Source of the DNA: an uncultured Ruminococcus sp.
GTDB lineage: Bacteria > Bacillota > Clostridia > Oscillospirales > Acutalibacteraceae
NCBI GenBank assembly: GCA_902802105.1
Contig: CADCKR010000013.1
Span: forward strand, 892 to 64,891
Reading direction: 5' to 3'
DNA length: 64,000 bases
Part shown: positions 43,787 through 53,551 of the stretch, one piece after another
Layout of the letters: each line of letters starts with the position of its first letter
How positions within the stretch are numbered: the stretch's first letter is position 1
Program-made: the position numbers and the translations under genes
Notes under the pieces: model-generated
What the model was told of the DNA's origin: nothing
The model's input: only the letters and a program-made list of their open reading frames with translations
The model's database searches: none

Positions 43787-45952
43787 TCAGATTATCAGTT
43801 CACTCTGATGTATGCGCTTATCAAGGAAATGCATGAGCCTGATGCACGGACGTCTGAGCAGGAGCCCGATAACAAGCGCAAACGGTACGAATATCAGCAG
43901 CATGAGCACACTGTGCCAGTATGCACCGATGTCCGGCCCTGCGATAGCCTCCCTGAGAATATCATTGCCGTAGCGGAACGGCAGGAACTGAGCCATGACC
44001 TGGAAGGGCTCCGGCAGAACCTCAAGCGGGAAGGTGCCTCCTGAGCCTGCGACCTGCAATACCAGTATGATGACCGCAAAAGCCTTGCCTATTACGTTGA
44101 ATGCAATAGTAAGCGAATAGATTATCAGAGAATATACAAACGCCGATATCATGCATCCCAATACAAACAGGAATTTGTCGTTGCACTGTATTTTCAGGAA
44201 GAAGATATCTCCCAGTGAAATTATCAGCGCCTGTATCTGTGCAAGAAGGAAGAAAACAAGGAATCTTCCGAAATATTGCTGTGTCGCTCCGGGATCTCCC
44301 AGCTTTTTGCGCTGCTTTTCTGTCAGCTCAACACGTACAATGGCAATGAGCACAACACCGCCTACCCAGATCCCAAGCGAGGTATAGAACGGTGACATTC
44401 CCGAACCGTAATTTTCAACTGCACCGATGCTGTGTGTCTCGGTGCTTACCGGCTGTGAGAAAAACTTGCTGAGAGCCTCAGGGTCTTCAATGACCTTCAT
44501 TACAAGATCAGCTATCTCATCATTGCTTTCCAGATCGGATGCTTTTTTTATAAGGTCGCTGACCTTTTTCCTGGTCGTATTCATGGTCGTTTTAACGGTC
44601 TCAAAAGTTTCTATGAGCTGATCTACCGTCTTGATAGTGCTGTCGAGAGTTTTTGTCAGCTCAGGGATATCGCCGTTTATGATCTGCAGCAGCCCCGAAG
44701 CGCTTTCCAGAGCATTATAGGCAGCATCGACAGTATCGTTTATTTTTTCCCTCACTCCTGAGAACGCAGCCTGTATCTGCGAAAGCTCGCTGCCGGCCGC
44801 AGCCGCAAGCTCTCTTATGTCCTTTACGGTCTCCGCCGGCAGTGAACCGACCCTGCGGAGAGTTTCCGATGCATCCAGCAGCTTTTCAAGGAGAGCTTGC
44901 TGCCGTTCGTTTGCCAGGTTTATGCGTTCGGTAACTGCGGAGGTATTGATGCCGAGTGAGCTGCTTATATTGTCAAGCATCGCAAGCACATAGTTGTTTA
45001 TCGTGATTATTTTCTGATTTATATCGGTCGCGCCGACAAGCTCATCAGCAGCCGCGTTTGAATCGGTATTTATCCTGTCAAGAGCATTATCCACTCTTTT
45101 GCGTGCGTCAGACTGCATCATGCTGAGAGATTCCGTAAGAGCGGCAACCGCATCGGTTATCTTCTTTGAAAGTTTTCTTGTCGATTCTATCGACACTTTT
45201 ATATCAGGCGTTACGGCGGCAGTATTTTCGAGCACTTCAGATACGCTCGGCAGCAGCTCTTCATTTGTTTTCAGCATATTTTTCAGGAGCTTCAGCGTAG
45301 AAACAAACACATCTATGCTTGAATTGAAGGTGTCTATATCGGTCGTGATATCTCCAAGAGAGCCCTTGACCTTTTCTATAACATCGTTCTTCTTGCCGCC
45401 AAGCTCACTTGCCGTAAGATTGAGCATTGTGGCAAGCACATTAGTCACAGTGTTGACATAAGCCGACTTTACCTCATTTTCGATAGCGCTGACTCCCGCG
45501 TTGGTGATCTTGGGTGCAATAGCGTTCTTCTTTTCGTTCACATAATAATCCAGCTTTGATTCAACGAACTCTCCTGTTGTTAGTGAGCAAAGGTTTTCGC
45601 TGAATTTTTCGGGTATGACTACCGCAGCATAGTATTTGCCGCTTGTAACTCCGTCTATAGCTTCCTTTTCATCAACGAACTGCCAGCCCATCTTAGGGTT
45701 GGCCTTCAGCCCGTCAACTATCTGTTCACCGGCATTGACAGATATAGAGCGGTAGCTGTAGCCGGCATCAAGATTGCATACTGCAAAGGGTATCCCGCCT
45801 GTAGCAGAGTACGGGTCCCAGTTTGATGCAATATTGAACCACGAATACAGTGCGGGCAGTATCGTGATGCCGATTATAACTATAAATGCAATTATGTTCA
45901 TATAGATCGTTTTAAGATCGTTAGTGAAGATACGGAATATCTTTCCCATCAT
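43787..45952 (-). CDS. YhgE/Pip-domain membrane protein
   Basis: N-terminal TM, ~450-aa extracellular helical repeat region, C-terminal 5-TM ABC-2-like bundle; 721 aa. Confidence 0.8.
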   Translation of the reverse strand: MMGKIFRIFTNDLKTIYMNIIAFIVIIGITILPALYSWFNIASNWDPYSATGGIPFAVCNLDAGYSYRSISVNAGEQIVDGLKANPKMGWQFVDEKEAIDGVTSGKYYAAVVIPEKFSENLCSLTTGEFVESKLDYYVNEKKNAIAPKITNAGVSAIENEVKSAYVNTVTNVLATMLNLTASELGGKKNDVIEKVKGSLGDITTDIDTFNSSIDVFVSTLKLLKNMLKTNEELLPSVSEVLENTAAVTPDIKVSIESTRKLSKKITDAVAALTESLSMMQSDARKRVDNALDRINTDSNAAADELVGATDINQKIITINNYVLAMLDNISSSLGINTSAVTERINLANERQQALLEKLLDASETLRRVGSLPAETVKDIRELAAAAGSELSQIQAAFSGVREKINDTVDAAYNALESASGLLQIINGDIPELTKTLDSTIKTVDQLIETFETVKTTMNTTRKKVSDLIKKASDLESNDEIADLVMKVIEDPEALSKFFSQPVSTETHSIGAVENYGSGMSPFYTSLGIWVGGVVLIAIVRVELTEKQRKKLGDPGATQQYFGRFLVFFLLAQIQALIISLGDIFFLKIQCNDKFLFVLGCMISAFVYSLIIYSLTIAFNVIGKAFAVIILVLQVAGSGGTFPLEVLPEPFQVMAQFLPFRYGNDILREAIAGPDIGAYWHSVLMLLIFVPFALVIGLLLRRPCIRLMHFLDKRIHQSELII

Positions 45953-46359
45953 TCTTCCTCCTCTTCCTCAGTTTCCTGTTCATCGCCGTCTTTTTCGTTC
46001 TGCGGCGATCTTTTTGCGTTTACCATCCTGTAATACATATCATAAATATAGTCGGTTCTTAGCATAAGCGCTACACAGAATACGATGGTAACTATCCACA
46101 ATATGAGGAACATTACCTTCATATTCAGGCTGAACATCAAAGCAAGGAACACAAACGCAGAAACGATGATGAAAATGGTACCGTATTTACGGTAGTTCAG
46201 TCTTTTTTTCTCATACTCCCGCAGCTTTTCACAGACGATCAAAAAAGTCCGGTGTTCGATCTCTTCTTGTGTCAGCTCATTCTTTTCCGGCTCCGCCGAT
46301 GCTTCATTGGTCTTGCCGGATAATTTTTCGCTGTTTTCTTTATCAGACAAATCCGCCAC
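45949..46359 (-). CDS. small 2-TM protein with polyacidic C-terminus, coupled to the YhgE/Pip gene
   Basis: Stop overlaps the YhgE start (45949-45952); start is GTG 46359 or TTG 46350. Confidence 0.55.
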   Translation of the reverse strand: MADLSDKENSEKLSGKTNEASAEPEKNELTQEEIEHRTFLIVCEKLREYEKKRLNYRKYGTIFIIVSAFVFLALMFSLNMKVMFLILWIVTIVFCVALMLRTDYIYDMYYRMVNAKRSPQNEKDGDEQETEEEEEE

Positions 46360-46408
46360 TTCCTTTTTACCCGATTAATTATGATCTTCCGGGCACAAAG
46401 ATATTATA

Positions 46409-46458
46409 AAAAAAACACAGGGACTTGTCAAACCAATTCAGACAAATCCCTGTTTTTA
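46409..46458 (-). terminator. rho-independent terminator after pyrF
   Basis: Minus strand ACAGGGAUUUGUC..GACAAGUCCCUGU followed by GUUUUUUUU. Confidence 0.8.
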
Positions 46459-46504
46459 TACAAAAAATCATCGGCCGGAAAACCGTTTCAGCCCGTACTG
46501 CGTA

Positions 46505-47434
46505 TTATTTTATCGGTATAAGCGCCGTTATCTCATCTCTCATGCGGATAGCCTCACGCCTTGCAGCCTGAGCATGATCCTTCGGGTCGAGACCCTCCTC
46601 TTTCTTCCATGCGCACATGATTCCTCTTGAGGAATTAACTATAGCGCCAAGTCCGTTCTCGTCAAACGCAGGTGCAACGTCCTTTGCGCCGCCGCCCTGA
46701 GCGCCGTATCCGGGAACAAGGAAGAACGTGTGCGGAAGAGCCTTTCTCAGTTCGCCAAGCTGCTCCGGATAGGTAGCTCCGACAACGGCGCCAACGCCTG
46801 AATAGCCATAGCTGCCCATCAGCTCCTCGCCCCATTTTTCGCACATATTTCCCATCGTGCGGTAAATAGTCAGAGCATCGTCAAGCACTCTGTCCTGAAG
46901 CTCTCCCGATGATGGATTTGAAGTCTTTACAAGAACGAAAAGCCCCTTATCGTTCTCCTTGCATACATTCAGAACAGGCTTTACTCCGTCGGTGCCGAGA
47001 TAAGCGTTTACGGTAAGCGCATCGGCTCCGAAAGGCTCAGTCTTTTCGCCCTCTATCTCTATGCTGCCGAGATGCGCCTTTGCATAAGCCTCCATCGTTG
47101 TGCCGATATCGTTCCTTTTTCCGTCAGTGATAACGAACATACCCTTGCTCTTTGCATATTCAATAGTTTTTGCAAGAGTTCTCACGCCCTGCCAGCCGTA
47201 CATTTCATAATATGCAGCCTGCGGCTTTACTGCGGGCACGATATCGCACAGTGCGTCAATAAGCTCCCTGTTGAACACAAAAAGAGCCTCTGCTGCGCCT
47301 TCAAGCGTTTTGCCGTACTTTGCAAACGCCTCCTCTTTGATATGCGCGGGAATAAAATCCAGTTTCGGGTCAAGACCTGCAACAGTCGGGTTCTTTGTTC
47401 TTCTGATCCCTTCGATAAGTCTGTCAAATGACAT
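46505..47434 (-). CDS. pyrF: orotidine-5'-phosphate decarboxylase (long type 2 form)
   Basis: 309 aa; VAGLDP, DGKRNDIG, VNSSRGI motifs. Confidence 0.9.
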   Translation of the reverse strand: MSFDRLIEGIRRTKNPTVAGLDPKLDFIPAHIKEEAFAKYGKTLEGAAEALFVFNRELIDALCDIVPAVKPQAAYYEMYGWQGVRTLAKTIEYAKSKGMFVITDGKRNDIGTTMEAYAKAHLGSIEIEGEKTEPFGADALTVNAYLGTDGVKPVLNVCKENDKGLFVLVKTSNPSSGELQDRVLDDALTIYRTMGNMCEKWGEELMGSYGYSGVGAVVGATYPEQLGELRKALPHTFFLVPGYGAQGGGAKDVAPAFDENGLGAIVNSSRGIMCAWKKEEGLDPKDHAQAARREAIRMRDEITALIPIK

Positions 47435-47459
47435 AGCAATACCTCCGTTATTTATAGTT

Positions 47460-48731
47460 TTACACTCCGTCAGAATAGACTATTCTTCCTCTGCTTATGG
47501 TAAGCTTTACCTTTGCAGAAAGAGTAAGCCCCTTGAACGGCGTATTTTTTGAGCGTCCGTGAAGTCTTTCGGGGTCAACCGTCCAGCTTTCCTTTTTATA
47601 GAGCATCAGGTCAGCGATCTCTCCTGCCGCAAGAGTACCGCCGTAGCTTTTCAGTATTCTTGCAGGCTGTACCGACATTTTCATTATCAGCTCGGCTTCA
47701 CTCAGATATCCTCCGTCTACAAGCACTGTGTATGATGCCGCAAACGAGGTCTCCATACCGATAGAGCCGTTCGGCGCAGATACAAAATCAGACTTCTCTG
47801 CGGGCGTATGAGGTGCGTGGTCTGTAGCTATAGCATCTATAGTACCGTCCCTGAGAGCCTCGATCATAGCCGCTCTGTCGTCCTCTGTGCGCAGCGGAGG
47901 GTTCATGCGGTAATCAGCATCACGCTTCAGAAGCTCATTTTCGGTCAGCATAAGATAATGCGGTGCGGTTTCGGCAGTTACCCTTACGCCGCGCTTCTTT
48001 GCATCGCGTATCATAGCCGCAGATGTACGGGTGCTGACGTGGCAGATGTGTACAGGCAGACCGTAAGCCTCTGCAAGCGCGATCTCTCTTGCCGTGCCTG
48101 CATCCTCGGCAGCTGCGGGCATACCCTTAACGCCGAGAGCCTCGGATACTCTGCCTTCGTTCACCTTGCCGCCTGCCAGAAAAGGATCCTCGCAGTGAGC
48201 TGTAACGGGAATATTTATATCCTCACGGGCGGCAAGCTTCATTGCAGAGACCATGACCGAAGTGTCAATGACAGGTCTGCCGTCGTCCGAGAGAGCGGAA
48301 ATGCCCGCCCTGCGCAGAGCCTCAATATCGGTCGCTTCGTGCCCGCCGAGCCCCTTTGTAATGGCTCCTACAACGTGTACTGTTGAGTCGGCGTCCTTTG
48401 CCTTATCAAGGATATAGCGTACCGTTTCGGGAGTATCAACGGCAGGGACGGTGTTAGGCATTGCAAGAAGCTGTGTCACACCGCCTGCGGCAGCAGCCCT
48501 GCAGCCGGATATGACATCCTCCTTTTCCGTCTGCCCCGGATCCCTCAGATGCACATGAAGGTCAACAAGACCGGGAGCGGCTGTAAGCCCCTCGCCGCTG
48601 ATGATCGTCGTGTCCTCCTGAGCCTCAAACGGCTGTGAAAACAGGCCGTCCTTTATGAAAATATCGCCTTTGCGGTCGATACCTTCGGCAGGGTCAAGAA
48701 TACGCACGTTTTTGATTATAATACTGCTCAT
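47460..48731 (-). CDS. pyrC: dihydroorotase
   Basis: DLHVHLRDPG metal-binding motif, ATDHAPH, 423 aa. Confidence 0.9.
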   Translation of the reverse strand: MSSIIIKNVRILDPAEGIDRKGDIFIKDGLFSQPFEAQEDTTIISGEGLTAAPGLVDLHVHLRDPGQTEKEDVISGCRAAAAGGVTQLLAMPNTVPAVDTPETVRYILDKAKDADSTVHVVGAITKGLGGHEATDIEALRRAGISALSDDGRPVIDTSVMVSAMKLAAREDINIPVTAHCEDPFLAGGKVNEGRVSEALGVKGMPAAAEDAGTAREIALAEAYGLPVHICHVSTRTSAAMIRDAKKRGVRVTAETAPHYLMLTENELLKRDADYRMNPPLRTEDDRAAMIEALRDGTIDAIATDHAPHTPAEKSDFVSAPNGSIGMETSFAASYTVLVDGGYLSEAELIMKMSVQPARILKSYGGTLAAGEIADLMLYKKESWTVDPERLHGRSKNTPFKGLTLSAKVKLTISRGRIVYSDGV

Positions 48732-48764
48732 ATCAGATCTGTCCTCCTTTATGAAGGCATGGCA

Positions 48765-51700
48765 TTACTCCTCGTCCTCCGGTATCTCTGAGGAGAAAAG
48801 CCTGCCAAGCGATCTGCGGAAACGCTGACCGACTGACTCGCTGCTCTTTTTCTTGTGATCCTTTATCAGGACTTCCTTGTCATTGTTTGTATTTGCAAAG
48901 GGGTCTTCGCTTTGGTCATAGCCTGTATAGAACTCGATAGCGCTGTTATCCTCCGGCATCTCATTGGTCTGCATCGGATCAGCTGTCATCGGTTCAGGCC
49001 CGGCAGTCGGCTCGGTAGTCCAGACGGTCTCCTGCACATCGCTGTCCATGCCGTCTGCATCATATACAGGGTCGCTGCTTGTGATCGGCTTCGGTGTCTC
49101 AACAAAGGGCTGCGGAACGTCTGACGCGCTGAACCTCTGTGCATAGACGTGGTTCCTCGGCATAGACTTCTTCATCTGCTCATACTCCCTGTTGTAATCC
49201 TCTGCATTCACGCTTTCAAGCCTTGGGATATTGGTGAATACCGACTGCATGGGTACTACCTGTCTTTTGGGCATGGGCACTACCTCAAATACTATGCCGC
49301 TGTCACCCTCAAAGGCTGCGCCTGCCGGCTCGAACGGGGTCTTTTCCTGCTGCTCTGACTGATTATCATATTCTGTCACTTTTCTCACCTCTTCTGCGGC
49401 AGTATCGACTGCCTTATTTGTTTTGCTGCCTGCATTGCTGTTTTTTGCCGATGCTCCGGCTGTTTTGCCAAAAAGCTTTTCAAAGTCTGATGTGCCTCCC
49501 TCCGAAGACTTGCTGCTGTCCTTGTTCTGCCCAAAGAGCTTTTCATATCGTGAGCCTTCACCTCTGCGGCCGCCCTTTTTTCCGCTGTCTGAAGCTTCGC
49601 TCTTTGCCCGCACTACAAAAGGATTTTCTTCATTTTCTTCCTTGCGGGCGTTGTATATCTCATTGTCGTTTGCGACCTCGAAGCCAAGCTCGGCCATCTC
49701 ACGGTCACGATCCTCCTTGAAGTTTGTAGCGTCCCTGATCTCCACATCTACAGGCTTGCCGTCTGCTCCGTCCAGTGCGCCTATAACAAGGCTTCCGTCA
49801 TCCGAACGTGATATCTCGACCTCGATATTGTTCTTCCTTTTGCCTTTTTGCGCACCATAAGACCTTTCTGTATTCATTGCTTCGTCACCCTGATCTCCTT
49901 TATTTATATTCCCTGTATCGGCAGCTTTGCCGCCGTCATTTTCTGCTTTGACAGGATCAAGTATAGATCTGCCGTTGTCCTTGATATCCCTGCCGACCTG
50001 TGCATTGGTCTCCCTCAGCCTTTCGACCATCCGGTCAAAGAACGAGCCTTCTGACATCACTGTGCTGCCGGTGCTTACAGTTACTGCCGATGCCTTGCTG
50101 TTATAGCTCTTTCCGTAAGACAATGTGCCGATGGTGTTCGGCGTGATGCGTGCAACGGTAAGACCTTCGGCTCCTGAGCTTCCGTCTATCTGCTCTATTC
50201 CTGTACGGCGTTTTTCTCCGTGATCGGCAAATACAATGTCGCTTTCTTCTTTTCCTTCTTTTGCTCCGGACTCCCCGATGCCTCTTTCCGCTTCTTCAAT
50301 AGCTCTGAAAAGCTCGCTGTCGTCGGGCAGGCCTGATATGTCCTTGACTGAGCCGGCATCAGTGACAGACGATTTTTCCGCGGCCGTTTTATCAGCCTCC
50401 GGCTGAACATCAAACAGATCATCCGGCAGCTCGATAATATCTGTTTTTTCAAGCTCTGCCCTTTTTTCGTCATTGAACGAAAAATCCGTTTCGCTGTCTG
50501 CAAGCGGATTGCCGAACATATCAAGCCCGTCACTCTCCTGAGCGTTGCTGATATCCTCAAAGGTCATAGGCTTAGCCTCGGCATTGTCTGCATCGTCAGA
50601 AAGATCAAGAAAGCTGCCGTCATTGTTCTGCATCTCATCAGCCGTTTTTGATCTCTGCTTTTCCTGTCTGGTCTTTTCTGTTTCTATTCTCTGCTTTTCA
50701 TTTTCGGTGCCCTTTTTCTTGTCGGTATCAGAGAATATCTCCTTCTGCTCCTCGTCATGGTCAACAAATACCGCCTTGGCTTTTGCCTTTGCCTTTCGCT
50801 TTTTACGCGCCTCAGCAAGAGCTTTTCTGCGGGCTTCAAGAGCCTTGGTCTTTCTGTAGCGTATCGCTGCGATCATCATTACCGCAATGGCGATAATACC
50901 GATCACGGATGCGGCTATTATGTAAATGTACCTTATATCTATGTCGGCTATCGTCAGCGGGCGTGATTCCTCCTGCGGCTGTGTTTTTCTGGGCTCGGCA
51001 ATTATACCGTCAAATCTGAGCGTTTCGAGAATGCTGCCGAATGTCCGGAGGTTCTCCTTTTTATCTCCGTCACCTGCGGTCTGATATGTTATCTTTATGC
51101 ACTTGCCGTCACATATAGTATATTCCTGCAGCCCCTCGATCTTTGTGCCGCTGTTTTCATACTCTATCGTAAACGTAAGAAAAAGTACGCCGCCGTAGGT
51201 CGTGCGTGAGCAGCCTGTATACACCTTTGATTTCAGCAGCTTGTCGATAACGCTTTGCAGCTTGTCCTCGCTCAGCGCGGAAAGATCGCCGATAGCCTTA
51301 GTGTCATTTGTGCTGTTTACCGTAATATTGATAACAGAGGAAAAATCCTTTGGGTTTGCCCTGAGGTATATATCATTTTCCTCAAAGCTTTTTGTTACTT
51401 CCTCTTTTGTCGTGCGGTTAGCCGAAAACACCGGATCGTCCTTATCCGTATCACGGGTGATAACATACATATCCGAGGGTATGGAAATATTCATACCGCC
51501 GGCATCAATACGATAGACTATCATTTTGACTTCTTCGGGCACGGAGCTGTCCTGCTTTGAAGTGCTGCCGGATGCTTCCGTGACCTGTCCGGAGGTTTCT
51601 CTGCTGCTTTCATCGGCAGTGCTTTCGGGAGCCTCTTCGGATGCTTCTCCGGAGCCTTCGCCTTTGCTTTCTTCTTCTGTACTTTCCTCAGCTTCACCGC

Positions 51701-51923
51701 TGCTTTCGTCAGATGTATCTTCCGTATCACTTTCATCTATAGAGCTTTCCGCATCGCTTTCGTCCGGCGTATCATCCGGACTGCTCTCATTGTCCTCAGA
51801 CTGCTCTGATGCAGATGTCTGACTGCTCTGAGCCGTATCGCTTTCGTCAGGCTCAGCCATAACAGGAACAGACATTGACAGCATGACAAGTGCTGCGGCA
51901 ATGATAGCCGTTATTCTTTTCAT
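48765..51923 (-). CDS. 1052-aa single-pass membrane protein with mostly disordered acidic and charged regions
   Basis: Signal peptide MKRITAIIAAALVMLSMSVPVMA, D/E/S-rich stretch, ~190-aa folded ectodomain, TM (IYIIAASVIGIIAIAVMMIAAI), K/R/A stop-transfer, ~690-aa low-complexity tail. Confidence 0.8.
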   Translation of the reverse strand: MKRITAIIAAALVMLSMSVPVMAEPDESDTAQSSQTSASEQSEDNESSPDDTPDESDAESSIDESDTEDTSDESSGEAEESTEEESKGEGSGEASEEAPESTADESSRETSGQVTEASGSTSKQDSSVPEEVKMIVYRIDAGGMNISIPSDMYVITRDTDKDDPVFSANRTTKEEVTKSFEENDIYLRANPKDFSSVINITVNSTNDTKAIGDLSALSEDKLQSVIDKLLKSKVYTGCSRTTYGGVLFLTFTIEYENSGTKIEGLQEYTICDGKCIKITYQTAGDGDKKENLRTFGSILETLRFDGIIAEPRKTQPQEESRPLTIADIDIRYIYIIAASVIGIIAIAVMMIAAIRYRKTKALEARRKALAEARKKRKAKAKAKAVFVDHDEEQKEIFSDTDKKKGTENEKQRIETEKTRQEKQRSKTADEMQNNDGSFLDLSDDADNAEAKPMTFEDISNAQESDGLDMFGNPLADSETDFSFNDEKRAELEKTDIIELPDDLFDVQPEADKTAAEKSSVTDAGSVKDISGLPDDSELFRAIEEAERGIGESGAKEGKEESDIVFADHGEKRRTGIEQIDGSSGAEGLTVARITPNTIGTLSYGKSYNSKASAVTVSTGSTVMSEGSFFDRMVERLRETNAQVGRDIKDNGRSILDPVKAENDGGKAADTGNINKGDQGDEAMNTERSYGAQKGKRKNNIEVEISRSDDGSLVIGALDGADGKPVDVEIRDATNFKEDRDREMAELGFEVANDNEIYNARKEENEENPFVVRAKSEASDSGKKGGRRGEGSRYEKLFGQNKDSSKSSEGGTSDFEKLFGKTAGASAKNSNAGSKTNKAVDTAAEEVRKVTEYDNQSEQQEKTPFEPAGAAFEGDSGIVFEVVPMPKRQVVPMQSVFTNIPRLESVNAEDYNREYEQMKKSMPRNHVYAQRFSASDVPQPFVETPKPITSSDPVYDADGMDSDVQETVWTTEPTAGPEPMTADPMQTNEMPEDNSAIEFYTGYDQSEDPFANTNNDKEVLIKDHKKKSSESVGQRFRRSLGRLFSSEIPEDEE

Positions 51924-51981
51924 GGGGTTGCCTCCTTTAAAAATTCCTTTTTCCGATGTTAACCATATTTATACATAGTAC

Positions 51982-52010
51982 ATTATACTTTAACTGAAAA
52001 GAAAAAACAA
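51982..52010 (-). promoter_or_regulatory. promoter of the 1052-aa gene
   Basis: Minus strand TTGTTT (52010-52005), 17-nt spacer, TATAAT (51987-51982). Confidence 0.55.
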
Positions 52011-52068
52011 GTCTTTGGCACAAAAGAGTTATTTGTAAAAAAAATGTAACCTTTTGCTAAGTTGCATA

Positions 52069-52097
52069 TTGACATCGTTTTACGCCGAAGATATAAT
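52069..52097 (+). promoter_or_regulatory. consensus promoter of the lipoprotein gene
   Basis: TTGACA (52069-52074), 17-nt spacer, TATAAT (52092-52097). Confidence 0.7.
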
Positions 52098-52141
52098 ATG
52101 CTATGTGAAATATAAATTTTAAAGACAGAGATGATAAATAA

Positions 52142-53497
52142 ATGAAAAAAAATCTGAGCGTTATTCCCATTGGAGTACTTTTGTTATTATCATGCACAGC
52201 CTGTTCGGCAGGCAGCACAGAAGAAGCATCCGGCACCGGAGCAGTTGAAGCAGGTACCGGTGCAGCTATAAAAAGCATTGAAGTAAGCAGCCACTCAGAA
52301 GCTGACGAGAGCACTGCTGCGCAGGAGGTCGTAACTTATTCTGTGCCGGAAACAAAAGCGCCTTCCTTGCCTGAGGAAAGCTCCGATACGGAAGATAATT
52401 CCGATGCGGAAAACAATTCCGATACGGAAAACAATTCCGATACAGAAGATGATTCCGATACGGAAGATAATAAAGATGAGTACAGTCAAGAAGAAAGCAA
52501 TGTGGAGGATAGTGAGGTATCTGTCCCCGAAAGCTCCGAAACAGATCTTTGTTCGATAACCCTCAGCGATAACGAGCTTGAGCTTTATGTAGGCGAGCAG
52601 TATCAGCTTGAAGTTTACATGGAGCCGTACTATGCCGACAGAACGGACTACAGGTGGACATGGAGCAACAACAGTGTTATATTCGTTGAATCAAGCGGCA
52701 ACATAATAGCAAAATCGGCAGGAAGCGCAACAATAACCGCCGAAACCTACAACGGTCTTACCGCAGTGTGCGAGGTCAGGGTGGTCGAGCGGAACCATGA
52801 AACGTCGGCTGAGATCAGCGAGCTTTCTCAGCCGGAAGCAAAGCCTGAGCCTGAATACAAGCCTGCGCCTGAGATCACCGGAAAACGTGTTGACACAAGC
52901 TGGTTTGATGACGCTGTTTTTGTGGGTGACAGCATTTCGGTAGGCCTGTACAACTATGCAGATGACGGCGCACTTGGCGATGCGGATTTTCTTGCCAAGG
53001 AATGTATGGGCTACCATTCCGCCATGTGGGATATTGACTACGAATATGCGATACATCCCACCTACAACGGCGTTGAGGTGCGCATTGAGGACGCTATCCA
53101 GGATATAGGCAAAAAGAAGATATTTATTCTTCTCGGCATGAATGATATCTGCTCCTGGGGCGTTGAGGAATCGGTCGATGCCATGAAGGATTTCACCGAT
53201 ATGATACTTGAAAAGAATCCCGATGTGCAGATATATATACAGTCCGCAACTCCTATGGTCGGCGGCAAGGTAAGGGAAGATTATCTCAACAACGAAAACA
53301 TCCGTGAATACAATGAGCTTATCAAGCCTATATGCGAGGAGCGCGGATTTGTATATCTTGACATTGCCTCGGTACTCTCGGATGAATACGGCAATCTGCG
53401 TGACGACTACTGCTCAGACATAAACGGCGCCGGTTTTCACTTTAACCGTGCCGGAGATGATGCATGGGTCGAATACCTGAAAACACACGTTGAATAA
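52142..53497 (+). CDS. lipoprotein with Big_2 (Ig-like) domain and SGNH/GDSL hydrolase domain
   Basis: Lipobox LLLSC; SDTEDN repeats; ITLSDNELELYVGEQYQL..ATITAETYNGLTAVCEVRV (Big_2-like); FVGDSISVG and GMNDI SGNH blocks. Confidence 0.8.
   Translation: MKKNLSVIPIGVLLLLSCTACSAGSTEEASGTGAVEAGTGAAIKSIEVSSHSEADESTAAQEVVTYSVPETKAPSLPEESSDTEDNSDAENNSDTENNSDTEDDSDTEDNKDEYSQEESNVEDSEVSVPESSETDLCSITLSDNELELYVGEQYQLEVYMEPYYADRTDYRWTWSNNSVIFVESSGNIIAKSAGSATITAETYNGLTAVCEVRVVERNHETSAEISELSQPEAKPEPEYKPAPEITGKRVDTSWFDDAVFVGDSISVGLYNYADDGALGDADFLAKECMGYHSAMWDIDYEYAIHPTYNGVEVRIEDAIQDIGKKKIFILLGMNDICSWGVEESVDAMKDFTDMILEKNPDVQIYIQSATPMVGGKVREDYLNNENIREYNELIKPICEERGFVYLDIASVLSDEYGNLRDDYCSDINGAGFHFNRAGDDAWVEYLKTHVE
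52382..52471 (+). repeat. 18-nt tandem repeat x5 encoding SD(T/A)E(D/N)(N/D)
   Basis: TCCGATACGGAAGATAAT units at 52382, 52400, 52418, 52436 and 52454. Confidence 0.9.
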
Positions 53498-53507
53498 TAA
53501 TACATAT

Positions 53508-53550
53508 AAAAAAGTGCGGGAAACCTTTTTGGGGTTTCCTGCACTTTTTC
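53508..53550. terminator. bidirectional terminator (lipoprotein / infB)
   Basis: AAAAAGTGCGGGAAACC..GGTTTCCTGCACTTTTTC. Confidence 0.8.
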
Positions 53551-53551
53551 T

